Shown: in pieces, positions 40,543 through 53,514 of the stretch | How positions within the stretch are numbered: position 1 is the stretch's first letter | Layout: each line of letters opens with the position of its first letter | Made by a program: the position numbers and the translations under genes | Origin: Eledone cirrhosa | Lineage: Eukaryota | Assembly (NCBI GenBank): GCA_964016885.1 | Contig: OZ024745.1 | Coordinates: 89,404,001 to 89,468,000 of the forward strand | Length of the DNA stretch: 64,000 bases | Direction: 5' to 3' | The notes under the pieces: model-generated | Told to the model about the DNA's origin: nothing | Seen by the model: only the letters and a program-made list of their open reading frames with translations | Database searches by the model: none

Positions 40543-42580
40543 AACATTATGAACAGCACTCAACGTAATGCAACTCACCCGTCTTCGTTTGTGTAGTTGG
40601 TGGTGCGAGTACGGAGTTAATTATTATAAAATAATAGGAGGCTGGACTGGTGTAATTCCTTAAAAGTTTATTATACTATGATCATATCAATGACCGGATT
40701 CAGTATGAATCCGGTGACATCAGGTATTCGAAATATAACAAAGGATATAATAGACGAGACATGGGGCTGAAAATCAGAGACCTGAGGGCGAGCGACTATT
40801 TAGCAGCGTAGGCTTATAGTGTGCTACTACCACCACGTCAAAGACAGAGGTCAGCGTTGAGGTCAAGTCACATTCAAGTTGGTAATGCGTGCTAGAAAGT
40901 GCGGCGAAAAATATCAAAGAACATATATCTTTAACAAATCTCTATATAATAATATATAGTAGGCGTCTGCATGGTATAATGTATGGACAGAAATTACGAT
41001 TAACGAGTAGAAATGTTAAATTTATGTTTAGAGTTGGAAGATGCCATTTAAGATGAAATTAGAAAAATAAGGTTTAGGTTTGAGGTTGTGAGATTTAGTT
41101 AAAGAATTTACAGAAGGAGGCTTTTATGAAAAAAGTTTAAGTGTATTATAGATAGTCACGATAAAGTTTCAGGGTAGAATATATAGCAAAGATTAAGCCC
41201 ATGCTTAGCGATCAATAACCAGCGACGTTGCGGATCCCCGGCCCGCCCGGGGCCTAACGGCGCGTTAGCCGTCCCGAGTATTATCGTCTAGCGAAAGAAA
41301 TGGAAATTTATTTTTCCGAGCACTCCAGGAATGGAGTCTTAAGCGTCGGGTGTTAGCGGGAAGTCCGCCACCGTCCTCCGGCCATCGTATATACCAAACG
41401 ATTACTAGTTATTCACACTGGTGTAGGATTTAGTTAAGTGCTAGTAGAAGGAGGCAAGATAAAGTTAAAAGTTATAATTAAGCCTAGAATTTAAAGGTAC
41501 TTTTTGGCGGTCAATAACCGGTGTCGCGGCGGGTTCCAAATCCTACAGAGCCCCAGGGCGAAGCAGCCGTTCCGAGTATTTTCGTTTACCGAAAGAAGGT
41601 GAAATTTATTTTTCCAAGAACTCAAGAAAGGCTGATCGACCCGAGTGCCTGGCGTGCAGTCGGGAAAGCCGCCACATCCGTCGGATCATCGCGTGTACCA
41701 AACGATTATTAGTTATTCACACCTGCGATGTGAAGTTGAAAGTGGTAAAATCTGAGGAAATGTGCAAATAAACTATATTTAGTCTCCAGTTAGTCCGGGT
41801 TATATGTAGTGTGATTCACGGGTGGGTAGGGGGAGTGAATAAAGATAAACATATATAAGGGTACATAGAGTAATATTCTAGGGTCGTGTGCTAATGAGTA
41901 CAAGGATAAGTGTATAATGAGAGTAAAGCGAGTAAATAAATACATAAATAAACCCGTAAGTAAAATACATAAATAAAATGCAGTCATACCTAGGGTGATG
42001 ATGTAGGGAGTAAAAAGGAAGTATATAAGAACATATCGAAGAAATCACAATACAGAAGAAATACAGATGAAGGTGCAGTAAATGGGCAATATAGCACGGT
42101 TTGATATATATAGATTTGTTAAAGATATATGTTCTTTGATATTTTCGCCGCACTTTCTAGCACGCATGAACAGCTTGATTGTGACCTGATCTCTACGCTG
42201 GCCTCTGTCTTTGTCGGGGTGGTAGTAGTACACTATAGGTCTACGCCCCTTCACCAGAAGGACATAAGTAGGCTTAATAATCACCAGTTGAGGGCGGCCG
42301 ACCGCGGTAGAAGCTGTTAAATGTTCGGTCGCCCTCATGTCTCTGATTTTCAGCCCCATGGATTTTGTCTATTATATTCCTTTGTTATATTTCGAATACC
42401 GGATAATGTCACCGGATTCATACTGAACCCGGTCATTGAAATGATCATAGTATAATAAACTTTTTAAGGAATTACACTAGACCAGCCTCCTATTATTTTA
42501 TAATAATTAACTCCGTACTCGCACCACCAACCAACGAAGACGGGTGAGTTGCATTACGTTGAGTGCTCTCCATAATGTTA
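40543..42580. mobile_element. Element bounded by ~400-470-bp inverted pLTR-like repeats with degenerate hammerheads
   Basis: ~40543-40948 is inverted relative to ~42104-42580. Consensus ATAC-CTGATGA-stem ACCGGATTCA/TGAATCCGGT-GAAA-TGATCA-TA-GTAT from 40673-40727 (-) and 42396-42453 (+); each copy is mutated. Confidence 0.7.
41208..41722. repeat. Two diverged GC-rich ~210-nt direct repeats (41208-41418, 41507-41722), putative structured RNA
   Basis: Shared blocks TCAATAACC, CCGAGTATT, CGAAAGAA, GAAATTTATTTTTCC, CCGCCAC, TACCAAACGATTA and TAGTTATTCACAC. Predicted long-range pairing is retained in both. Confidence 0.7.
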
Positions 42581-42639
42581 CATCGAGATTGACCATACGG
42601 AATGACCAGTTCTATCCAGTGGTGAACCAACAAACCTAA

Positions 42640-43020
42640 ATGAATAACGGGTTCTACTTTAGGCACAATGCCATCAATTAATCAGTGCATTACTGGTACT
42701 TTATTTTATCGACCCTGTAAGGATGAAAGACAAAGTTAACCTTGGCGGGATTTGAACTCAGACCGTAAAGGGACGTAACTATGCTAGAAAGCCTGTTTTC
42801 CAACCCCTACCGATACTGCCAATTCACAAACCTAAATAAATAATTGGTTCTACTTTTGGCACAAGGCCATCAATTACCCAGTACATTACTGGTACTTTAT
42901 TTTATCGACCCCGTAAGGATGAATGGCAAAGTTAACCTCGGCGGGATTTGAACTCAGATCGTAAAGGGACGTAACTATGCTGGAAAGCATGGCGTCCGAC
43001 TCTCTACCGATACTGCCAAA
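42640..43020 (-). mobile_element. Two tandem main-family SINEs
   Basis: Reverse-complement A/B boxes and core. AAACCTAAATAAATAAT recurs at the junctions. Confidence 0.88.
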
Positions 43021-43393
43021 CCTAAATAAATAATGCTCCAAGAATTGTCGAGCGCTTTCAGATGTATTAATGTACAGCTATAACCAGCATGGGACTAACT
43101 ACGCACCTTTCGGATTTTGGCTGCTTTGAGCTTTGTCTACCGCCCACCTGGACCATGCATTGCTGCTTCTCTCTCGGGAATATTCAAACTCCGTCACACC
43201 TCATATACTCTACTAAACTCTGTATTGTATTGAGTGAATTCCCTATCCTATATTTCAGGGCTTTTGGGATTCACATTGAAAATTAAGACTCGAACATACA
43301 CTAGGTTTCATCTGATACCATTCCTACTCTTCCTGTAAGTATAACCTTGCATTCTCCAACCGTGCCATATATTGCCCATTTACTGCACCTTGA

Positions 43394-43734
<341 letters not shown>

Positions 43735-43909
43735 CTAGATACATACATACATACATGCATACATACACGCGTGCGTATGTGCGTGTGTGTATATATGTAT
43801 ATAAAGAGAAAGAGAGAACAAAAGATTCTCTGTTGACGCAAATCAGAATCGATTCCGTTAAAATATTAGTTAAAACGTCAAAGGTTAAAGATTAAAAATG
43901 GTGCTATTA

Positions 43910-45085
43910 GTGGATTGGCAGTATCAGTAGAGGGTCGGACGCCATGCTTTCCAGCATAGTTACGTCCCTTTACGATCTGAGTTCAAATCCCGCCGAGGTT
44001 GACTTTGCCTTTCATCCTTACGGGGGTCGATGAAATAAAGTACCAGTAATGCACTGGGTAATTGCTGGCCTTGTGCCTAAAGTAGAAACAATTATTAATA
44101 AGTCAGCTTAGACTTACGGCCCTTTATGATCTCAGTTCAAATTCTGTCGGGATTAAATTTGCCTTTCCTCCTTACGGGGTCGATAAAATAAAGTACCTGT
44201 CACGCACTGAGGTCGATTTGATCGACATTCCCCCTCCCCCAAAATTGCTGGCCTCTGCCTATATCAGAAACCATTATTAATATATAAGTGGATTGGCAGT
44301 ATCAGTAGAGGGTCGGACGCCATGCTTTCCAGCATAGTTACGTCCCTTTACGATCTGAGTTCAAATCCCGCGGAGGTTGACTTTGCCTTTCATCCTTACG
44401 AGGTCGATAAAATAAAGTACCAGTAATGCACTGAGTAATTGCTGGCCTTGTGCCTAAAGTAGAAACAATTAATATATAAGTGGATTGACAGTATCGGTAT
44501 AGTGTCGGATACCAGGCTTTGCAGCATAGAGTTATGGCCCGTTATATTCTGAGTTCAAATCCCGCCAAGGTTAGCTTTGCTTCTTATCCTTACGGGGTCA
44601 ATAAAATAAAGCACCAGTAATGTACTGGTGTCGATTTAATCGACTGTCCCCTCCTCCAATAGTGCTGGCCTTGTGCCTAAAGTAGACACAATATATAAGT
44701 CAGAGCGGTGGATTGGCAGTATCGGTAGAGTGTAGGACAACATGATTCGCGGCATAGAGTTACAGCACTTTACGTTCTGATTTCAAACCCCGCTGAGGTT
44801 AGCTTTTCCTTTCATCCTTACTAGGTTGATTTAATCAACTTTTCCCTTCCTCAAAATTGTTGGCCTTGTACCTAAATAAGAAACCATTATTAGTCCGGTG
44901 AATTGGCAGTATCGGTAGAGGGTTGGACGCCATGCTTTCTAGCATAGTTACGTCCCTTTACGGTTTGAGTTCAAATCCCGCTGAGGTTAACTTTGCCTTT
45001 CATCCTTACGGGGTCGATAAAATAAAGTACCAGTAATGTACTGGGTAATTGCTGGCCTTGTGCCTAAAGTAGAAACAATTATTAG
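43910..45085 (+). mobile_element. Head-to-tail array of six main-family SINEs
   Basis: Starts at ~43910, 44110 (5'-truncated), 44288, 44479, 44705 and 44896. Consensus TGGCAGTATCGG, GAGTTCAAATCC and TTTGCCTTTCATCCTTACGGGGTCGATAAAATAAAGTACCAG (Deu/Nin-domain-like, from memory). Confidence 0.92.
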
Positions 45086-45154
45086 TCTGTAAGTTCTCAT
45101 CAACATACAAAATATATACACCCGTAACATATTAACATATTACATCGCATACAT

Positions 45155-45330
45155 TGTTGCTACATTTGGCACAAGGCCAGAAATTACCCCAGTGCATTAC
45201 TGGTGCTTTATTTTATCGACCACGTAAAGATGAAAGGCAAAGTTAACCTCGGCGGGATTTGAACTCAGATCAAACCATAAAAGAGCGCAACTCTATGCTG
45301 CAAAGCATGGCGTCCGACCCTCTACCGATA
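45155..45330 (-). mobile_element. Main-family SINE
   Basis: Reverse complement of the array unit. Confidence 0.85.
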
Positions 45331-46242
45331 TATTGAAACCTATTATGATTAAATTATACGACAGCCGCATAAACATTGAGATTCTGGCGCTCGACTTAAA
45401 TTCTATCGTCATGTGGGACATAAAGTATATAGGAACTTCATGTGTGCATTCAGCAGGTAGAAAGAAAGTGTTATATGAACTCTTTTCTTTTATATATACA
45501 CGTTAGTATGCTACAAAAGTGGCTTCCATTCTAACAAAACAAAAAACACCTTCCCACTAAAACATAGATTCATTAATTAGCTTTGAAATTTGTAAATAGG
45601 TTATTTTGTTTTCCAATTTAAAAAAAAAAATTAACTTTTGATTTTTGGTCCCTCGCTTCCTTGAATCTAAAATTCAATTTCAAAATAGTTTTGCTAACGT
45701 AATTTTCTTGCGACTTCCCGGTATTTGTGGATTTTGGAAAAACAATTACACAGTTGTATACTTGTTGACACTCACTAATGGACGTAAACATTTGTCAACT
45801 TCCAAATACGGAAGGAATGTTTTTTTCAAATTCCTAAAGTTTGTAGCTCTAGAACAAACCATATAAAGGTTACAAAAAGAATATTATGTATTCCATTCAC
45901 CGCCCATCATTGAACAAAGAATAAACATCAACAGTGTCAACAGAATGCCTTCATTCAATACAGAAAAAAGTGAATATCGACAGACATGAAGTAGACCTTC
46001 ACTTTGTTATGGAATAATTTCCCTAACTGTGGAAACATTGTGTCCATTGAATCAGCTGAATTACTCTTGGATTTTAAGTGGGGATGGTGCCCCGAAACAT
46101 CATCAGCTATCACACAAATAAACGATACCAAAAAGTATATTTTAAAGTCTAAAAACAAAAGGATCTAATTATTATCAGGACTTATTATATCAGTGAGAGG
46201 GTGGAACCAAATGGTCCATCTGTTATTATATATGTTAGTCAG

Positions 46243-46425
46243 CGAGGATTGGCAGTATCGGTAGAGGGTCGGACGCCAAGCTTTTCAATATAGAGTTACG
46301 GCCCATTGTGGTCTTTGTTCAAATTCCGCCGAGGTTAACTTTGCCTTTCATGCCTACGGGGTCGAAAAATAAAGCACCAGTAACGCACTGGGATAATTGC
46401 TGGCCTCGTGCCAAAAGTAGAAGCA
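46243..46425 (+). mobile_element. Main-family SINE with 18-bp target-site duplication
   Basis: ATTATATATGTTAGTCAG at 46225-46242 and 46426-46443. Confidence 0.92.
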
Positions 46426-46704
46426 ATTATATATGTTAGTCAGGAACAAAAGACAACGCAAGCTAATCTCCTTATAATAAAGAATATTTATGCGGTAATA
46501 TAATGATCCAGCCGGATCAATTAAAGATGGTTACTTCTGACAGGTACCGCTGGAAGTGTCCCGAAATATTGGACAAATAAAACAACAACAACAACAATAA
46601 CAACAAAGATTACCAAGTAGCCTTTATTTTTCGTTACCTCATCTTTCACTCCATTTTGCATTATTTAGCCTTCTATCTCTTTCAACGTTATATATTACTA
46701 GCTG

Positions 46705-46827
46705 CGGACTGAGTTCAAATCCCGCTGAGGTTAACTTTGCCTTTCATCCTTACGGGGTCGATAAAATAAAGTACCAGTAATACACTGGGATAATTGCTGG
46801 CCTTGTTCCAAAAGTAGAAACAGTTAC
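46705..46827 (+). mobile_element. 5'-truncated SINE with 13-bp TSD, inserted at the Helitron 3' end
   Basis: ATATTACTAGCTG at 46692-46704 and 46828-46840. Confidence 0.85.
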
Positions 46828-46833
46828 ATATTA

Positions 46834-48235
46834 CTAGCTGGCCCGTCCGGCTGGTGCTCGGCTAGGAATACCGGCATTTAATTTTTACCGGAATCCCCCT
46901 CCACTCCAGTGCAAAGATACCACACGCCCTCTCAAGTCTGCGAGGTTGGGTGGGGGGTGCGGGGGGTTAACGTGTTCTGATGTTGGGTTTGAATAGTTTT
47001 AGGATTCCCCAGTTCAGCAGCCAGTACGTTAAAGAAAATTGATAGTTACAACAATAAAGGCTGAACAGAGAGCACATTTTTTAACAAACAATAATCTGTA
47101 CAACCATAATGGAAATTCCAAGTAACAGAAAATATTTAAATTACATTGCCTCAAAATATACAATATTGTTTGTTCGGCCCGCCGGAGCAAAGAGGAAGCG
47201 ATTGTTTGGCGAGCTCACCCTAGAGTATCCTACATACAATTGACCATAGGAGAATCACTGATTTCGTAGCTCGTCACACGGAGAAGCTCTGTAGACGTTG
47301 ATCTCTGGACACTCCTGTTAAGAGCAGGTGTGCTGTAGTGACTTAGAGGCCTACCACCAATATCCAGGACACTGTTTTCAAGACAAATGAGCGCCTCATT
47401 GAAAAACGACATCGTATGTTACGATCGGATTGTGTCTGTGTGTGCGGTGGAGGATGTCCTCAGCTAGATTTTGCGGTGGTTGTTCCACAGTGCGAGAGGG
47501 TCGGTGGGATCGCAGTTGTAATAGCAAAAGGTTTTCGCAGCTGAGAAGGAACTTTAGCAGTTGCTGCTTCTTGCAGGGTGAGGTGCCAATGGCTGTCTTC
47601 GTGTAACATACCACGCTCTGGCAAGCCAAACGTAAGTGGAACATTGGTGGCCATTGATGGTTCTCAGATCTTGGAAAGACTGTGGTCCTCTAACCTCGAA
47701 CAGTAACAATGACGATAAGCCATCTGTGCTTTCGTGAAATAAATAGGTTTTTGTTTTTGTGTATGCAAACATATCTGTACACGAATATATATATATATTC
47801 AAATAACAGATTAAAGTTCAAGCAAACGAGATCTTCTGAAATTAAAAAAAATCAATCTGTGAACGCAGAAGTAAATATTTCGAAAAACGTTATCTAATGC
47901 AGACAGCCAGACATACAGAGACATATTATAAGGGCGCTACGTTATAGCTATGTATCTATCTAAAAAGACAGACTAAGAAAAAAGGGGAATGTTGTGCGAC
48001 GTCATAAGAAAAAGTGAGGAATGTCGTATAACCCGAAGTGTTGTCATTTGAAATTTTAAAGAAGTGAATATTTAAATAAGGTCTTTAATCTTTTAACAAA
48101 ATTCAGTAGACAAAAATACCCTCACATTTTAAATTAGAAAAAGTTACATCTATGGTGCAAATTTGGTGCTGTTTGGTCCAGCCGTTTGGCAAAAAGTTTG
48201 TTACATACACACGGCCATTAGTTTTATATTATAGA
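46834..48235 (-). mobile_element. Internally deleted Helitron with Rep/helicase fragment
   Basis: On -: A|TCTATAATATAAAA 5' end, GC-rich subterminal hairpin and CTAG|T 3' end. 47230-47720 encodes LLLFEVRGPQSFQDLRTING...RGMLHEDSHWHLTLQEAA..VPSQLR, typical of the RepHel inter-domain region. Confidence 0.88.
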
Positions 48236-48245
48236 TATAACCACA

Positions 48246-48435
48246 AGGGCGGTGGATTGGCAGTATCGGTAGAGGGTCGGACGCCATGCTTTCCAGCATA
48301 GTTACGTCCCTTTACGATCTGAGTTCAAATCCCGCCGAGGTTGACTTTGCCTTTCATCCTTACGGGGTCGATACAATAAAGTACCAGTAATGAACTGGGT
48401 ATTTGCTGACCTTGTGCCAAAAGTAGAAACAATTA
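48246..48435 (+). mobile_element. Main-family SINE
   Basis: Full A-box, B-box, core and 3' end. Confidence 0.9.
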
Positions 48436-48451
48436 TATATATATATATATA

Positions 48452-49161
48452 ATATAAAACGAAAAATCAGTGAGCATCTGGAGTCAATTTATTGTGTGTT
48501 ACAATTGTTTAGCCGGCAGACAGCTCGAGGCACGATCATTGTATGGCTCTGCCTGTCGGCAACTGCAGGTTCGTCGGACACTGGAAATAATTCCTGATCG
48601 AAATTTTTTCACCGGGGTATTAGCGTCAAAAAACATCTTCCTCCCTTGTCCTGGTGTTGGCTGTTGTTGGTTGTCTTTCAGTCAAATACCTTACACCTAT
48701 AGGACAACATACCTCAACCACAGTGACATCCTCTAATATGACCGGGCTACGCACCCCCATGCATGTGTACCTTTTCAATCTGAATACATACTCTCCACGT
48801 GTTTATTTTGGAATACATATTGTTTGTTCCGTAGAAGTGTGCATCTCATACTCCCCATGTGTACTATATCATACGCATACACGTACCTTCTTCTTTCTCC
48901 TCTCTTTTTTTAATATGTGACGTTATATGCATATTTTAATATATTGTATATTTATTTTATTGTTTTTATATGTGTGTACATGTGTATGCGTATGTGTATA
49001 TATAGAGTTATATATGTATATGTTACGTTAATGTGTATGGATGTATGTATATGATTATAATGTTTATATCTGTGCATATTTTAATGTATTACGTTATATG
49101 TATATTTTAGTATATTGTAGGTTTATTTATAGATGTGTATGTATGTATATGTACATATATA

Positions 49162-49192
<31 letters not shown>

Positions 49193-49601
49193 GTGTATAT
49201 ATATATATAGAGATTTATTTATTTTTTTATTTTTTATTTGCTTATTTATTTATATGTGTGCATGTATACATGCATGTATGTGTATAGATGTATGTATTTG
49301 GTTACATTGTTTATATTTATCCATGTGTATAACCAGATGCATCCTTTCATGGATGACCCTGTATGACCCACTGTGCAGATTTATATGACTGTGAGTATAT
49401 CATTTTTGAGTACGGACAGATATATGTATGCGTGTATGTGTCTTTGTGGATGCACGTGGGCAAGGAGGTAATTGGGCGCGTATTTGTTTGAATGTATATG
49501 AGCCAGTGTGTGTGTGTGTGTGTGTGTGTGTATGTTTCTGTGTACGTGCACCTCCTGTAGGGCAAGGGCTTATTTGTGTGTACATTTATGTGTGTACATA
49601 T

Positions 49602-49673
<72 letters not shown>

Positions 49674-50008
49674 TAAAATAACAGATTAAAGTTTAAGCAA
49701 AGAATCGCTGCTTTCACCCTTAACGGGATCTTCTGAAACTAACAAAGTCAATCTGTAAACGCAGAACTGGATATTTCAAAAAACGTTGCAACCGCAGGAA
49801 GACAGGAAGACGATACTTTGGTTCGTGGAAATGTTCGCTGGCAATGTTAGTTTCAGAAGATCCCGTTAAGGGTGAAAGCAGCGATTCTTTGCTTAAACTT
49901 TAATCTGTTATTTTAATAAATATTTGCTCTGCGGTTCTTATATATTTGATATATATTTTCCTTATCGAGCCCTCTTTGGATTTTAGTCTTCAATTTTATT
50001 ATTATTAC

Positions 50009-50041
<33 letters not shown>

Positions 50042-50745
50042 ATATGTGTGTTTGGGAGCGAGTCTGTCTTTGTGCCTCTGTATACGGACACGTGTGTGTA
50101 TGTGCGTGTGCGTGTCTATGTATATGTCTGTACATGTTTGTGGATATGAGTAGATATATGCGTACGCATGTGTGTGTCCGTGTATGCGTGTGCGTATGTG
50201 TGTGCGCGTGTGTGCGCGTGTGTGCGCGTGTGAGAGCTGACGTACGCGGGCATGTAGGCAGGCGTCTGTGGACGCGTATGTTGTTAGTTATATGGTTGTG
50301 TGCGTGTGTGTATGTGAGTGTGTGTATATATATATGTATAGGTATATATGTATATATATATATGTATATTTATATGTGTGTGTATGTGTATATGTATGTA
50401 TGTGGGTATATGTGTATATGTCTGTGTGAGTGGACTTGTGAAATACCTAACCCACCATGAATTCATTGAAGTGTGTCAGGCGCAGGGTAGCTGATGGACA
50501 GTCTGACAGCAACTATTGGCCAGAATGTATGATGATGTAGAAAAACAACAGCCAACAGCAGGACAAGCGAGGGAGATGTTTTTTGTGAGAAAATTTTATC
50601 CGGAATTATTGCCAGTGTCCGACGAATCTACAGTTCCAGAATCAGACAGATCCATACAATGATCGTGTCTCGAGCTATCTGCAGGCGAAACAATTGTAAC
50701 ACAATAAATTGAGTCCAGATGCATCACTGATTTTTCGTTTTCTAT
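48452..50745. mobile_element. Inverted pair of pLTR-like fragments (48452-48680, 50535-50745) with U4C hammerhead
   Basis: 50615-50702 (+): GTGT-CCGACGA-stem II-GAAA-CAATTG-TA-ACAC. Inverted sister at 48496-48581. Confidence 0.7.
49665..50010. mobile_element. Penelope-type fragment with ~78-bp inverted repeat and CAGAAGA-core hammerhead-like motif
   Basis: Arms ~49665-49744 and ~49845-49923. AGTTT-CAGAAGA-TCCC/GGGT-GAA-AGCA...TGCT-T-AAACT at ~49849-49899. Relatives at 518-723 and 47795-47890. Confidence 0.7.
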
Positions 50746-51366
50746 TATATCACACTCTGCACTGTAAGAACATAGTGTGCTCAACCGGCATACCGCCTAT
50801 GGAAGCATCATAGCTACCATCAAACGCGCACACACATATATATATAGGAAAATGTTTGACCCCGACGGCAGAGCTCAAGCCGTTTCAACGACTATTTCTA
50901 TAGAGTCCAGAAATAGCCGCCGAAACAGCTTGAGCTCTGCCGTCGAGGTCATACTTTTTCCTATTACCCACTCTACTACCCTAAGTATTGAGTACTCTAG
51001 TGCGTTATGATCCATCTGGTTCCTTACCAGAATTCCTTCGTTATATATATATATATAATGGTAAGTCAGATATATATATATATATATGAGGTAACTAAAT
51101 ATGTTCACTTTCCTTCTAGTTTATTTTACACCTAATTCTGTTTAGTTGACTGTATATCTGGTCGATTTATACACGCTGTCGAAATACTCGATAAATACTC
51201 CGTCGCAACCGCCGCGAAGGGCTGCTTTCGGTTATTTGTCGGAGATTTCTTCAAAGGAGTTTTTATTCTTATAGCTTGGTCTAATTGATTTGTTATATGG
51301 TTAATTATGCTAATTGGGAGAGGAAACGGTATATTTTTTATCTGGTGATTCTATAGACTTGTTTTA

Positions 51367-51416
<50 letters not shown>

Positions 51417-51428
51417 TAAAACAAGTCT

Positions 51429-51460
<32 letters not shown>

Positions 51461-52149
51461 ATTTAATATATCTGACTTGCCATTAAATCGGTGCAATGTT
51501 TACAAGGTTCTTGTGACCAACTCTTGTAACTTAATTAAATTTGATTTACGTTAATTATAAATTAGACAACTAATTTAATTGGAAAATATGTTCCTACTCG
51601 CTATATTCGTTAAATAGGAAAATCCACATCTCCTTTCTCCGACCTTTACTCTATCAAACGTTTTCAAATTATCGAATCTTATGATTTTCATTAATTATAA
51701 TTTTTAAAAAAATGTATCGAATCCCGCTTCGTACCCTTTAGAATTTAGAAAAACGCTCCTCACACCTACTCAAGATGGCTTCTCACACGTTTGATTTCGC
51801 CTCCTGTTTAATTAAGTTTGTTTGGCGCTAAAATATGTCTAAATCGTTTAATGCAGGGTATCAAAATGGTGGATAGGACAAATGTGAGTGTCAAATAAGA
51901 ATCCTTCTGGCTTAATTTTGACAGTTTGGCTCATGTGGGAGAATCAACATTTCAGAAAAATATATACACTGTTTTTTTTTTCTTCCAAGTGTGGGAATGA
52001 ATGGCCTAGTGGCATGCTTATCGGCAACACTATGCCTCCATTGTGTTTAGATGAATAGGAATAAACAAGTAAATGTTTTTTTCCCCTCTGGATATTCAGA
52101 TAGACTAAAGAGAGCTAAGCTGGATTTTCTGAGCTAATTGCTAGAAGCG

Positions 52150-52900
52150 TAACGGAGGCGTTTCTTTAATGATACAAAACAGACAAAATATTAGTTTTCC
52201 TGTTGATAGATACAAGACATTTACACTGTAACTACAAGATTCAGTTCTCTTTTGTTTTATTTATAACCGGTGTTGAATGTTATGTCTTTCTGTTAATAAT
52301 AGATTACTGAGTTGTGATTTGTGGTTGTGATTGTATATATGACGTATTGGCAGTAGAATCTTTCCCATCTTCTTTCTACCAGACGATTTTCTAATGCAAT
52401 GAGAAATTTCTTTTGAGGCAGTGTTTGAAAGAGCTCATGTGATTGTATAGTCCGGTTATAAATGTATTTTTAGTTTGATCGATGTTTGAAATACTGCTAT
52501 CAGTTTTCCAGTCCTGGTTGCATAAGATACAATGCAGTCCCTTTTGTATTATTGGCTGAAAGGCACAACTCATTGTTTCAGCAATTGCAGTATATTTGGT
52601 TTAAGTTTTTATTCATTCTGTCGATCTGTGGTTAAATTCTGATTTTGCGTTATGAAATTAAATTCCAATTGCAGTGGTTGTTAAATAAATGATTTTTGTA
52701 TTATTCCTTTCAAATATGTTGGAAAATTTCTTTTCTTGTATGTCTTTTTTGATTATGTTGAAGTATTGCTTCACTGTGTTGGTCATGACCTTCTTGACAA
52801 ATTTTTCCTGGTGCAGGGTTTTGTTGTTTTTGTTGTTTCTGTCAGTGCTTTATTTGTTATTGTACTTTTTACGATTCTGTTGGTGAGTTCATGGCTGTAG
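52150..52900 (-). pseudogene. Highly decayed Nematis-like Penelope GIY-YIG remnant
   Basis: YCNC and TFITGLYNHMSSFKH parallel CNC and SFKSRLYRHRYSIKH of the 24.2-24.6 kb element. Confidence 0.5.
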
Positions 52901-53452
52901 TCTTCAACGGTTCTTTAGGATGTCCTATCGAAGGAGGAGACGTTGTTTGTGTAAATTCAACTGAAAGTAACAATCAACCGTACAAACCCATGTTAATGAC
53001 AAAGCCTCTAATGCAGAATGGCTCTTACTCTTATAATTGCAAATATCAATATACAATACATTAAGAGATTTAGATATTCAATCTCACCAAGTTGATGACA
53101 TTATGCTTTCCGGGAATTCGGTACATAATATACTTATATATGTAAATTTCTGCGATTCTGTCACAGCACGTAAAGAGAGAGTAGTAGTTTGACTACCTCA
53201 TACCACTCCTCTCTATTTACGTGCTGCTGTCTTCGTGAATGTATGTGTCTGTAAAGGGAAGGAAGGGGATGGTGAAAAACTACTGCTATCAGCGACCAGT
53301 ATGTCCATGTTTGTATTTCTGCAAATGTAGGTGTGTCTGTGTTTGTACGTTTATATTTATATACTCATATATATAAATGTATGCAATGCACATACAGATA
53401 TACACATACGCGATAGCGTATGGGAAAAATTCTACTACTTTAAAATGTTTCT

Positions 53453-53514
53453 ATTTAATTATTATTGGTCATTCGTGTCATTTATATGACACGAATGACC
53501 AATAATAATTAAAT
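53453..53514. repeat. Perfect 29-bp-arm palindrome
   Basis: ATTTAATTATTATTGGTCATTCGTGTCAT-ttat-ATGACACGAATGACCAATAATAATTAAAT. Confidence 0.95.

Noticed and set aside
41350-41420. GGAAGTCCG resembling RNase P/MRP conserved region I
   Set aside because: It lies near the 3' end of the unit, has no proper P4 partner and differs in the second unit.
43910-45085. tRNA gene cluster
   Set aside because: A and B boxes are present, but there is no full cloverleaf and each is followed by a SINE body and tail.
45860-46160. Possible host exon or hammerhead (CTGATGA on -, GGGG/CCCC-GAAAC on +)
   Set aside because: No recognisable protein similarity or convincing splice pair, and the two core halves are on opposite strands.
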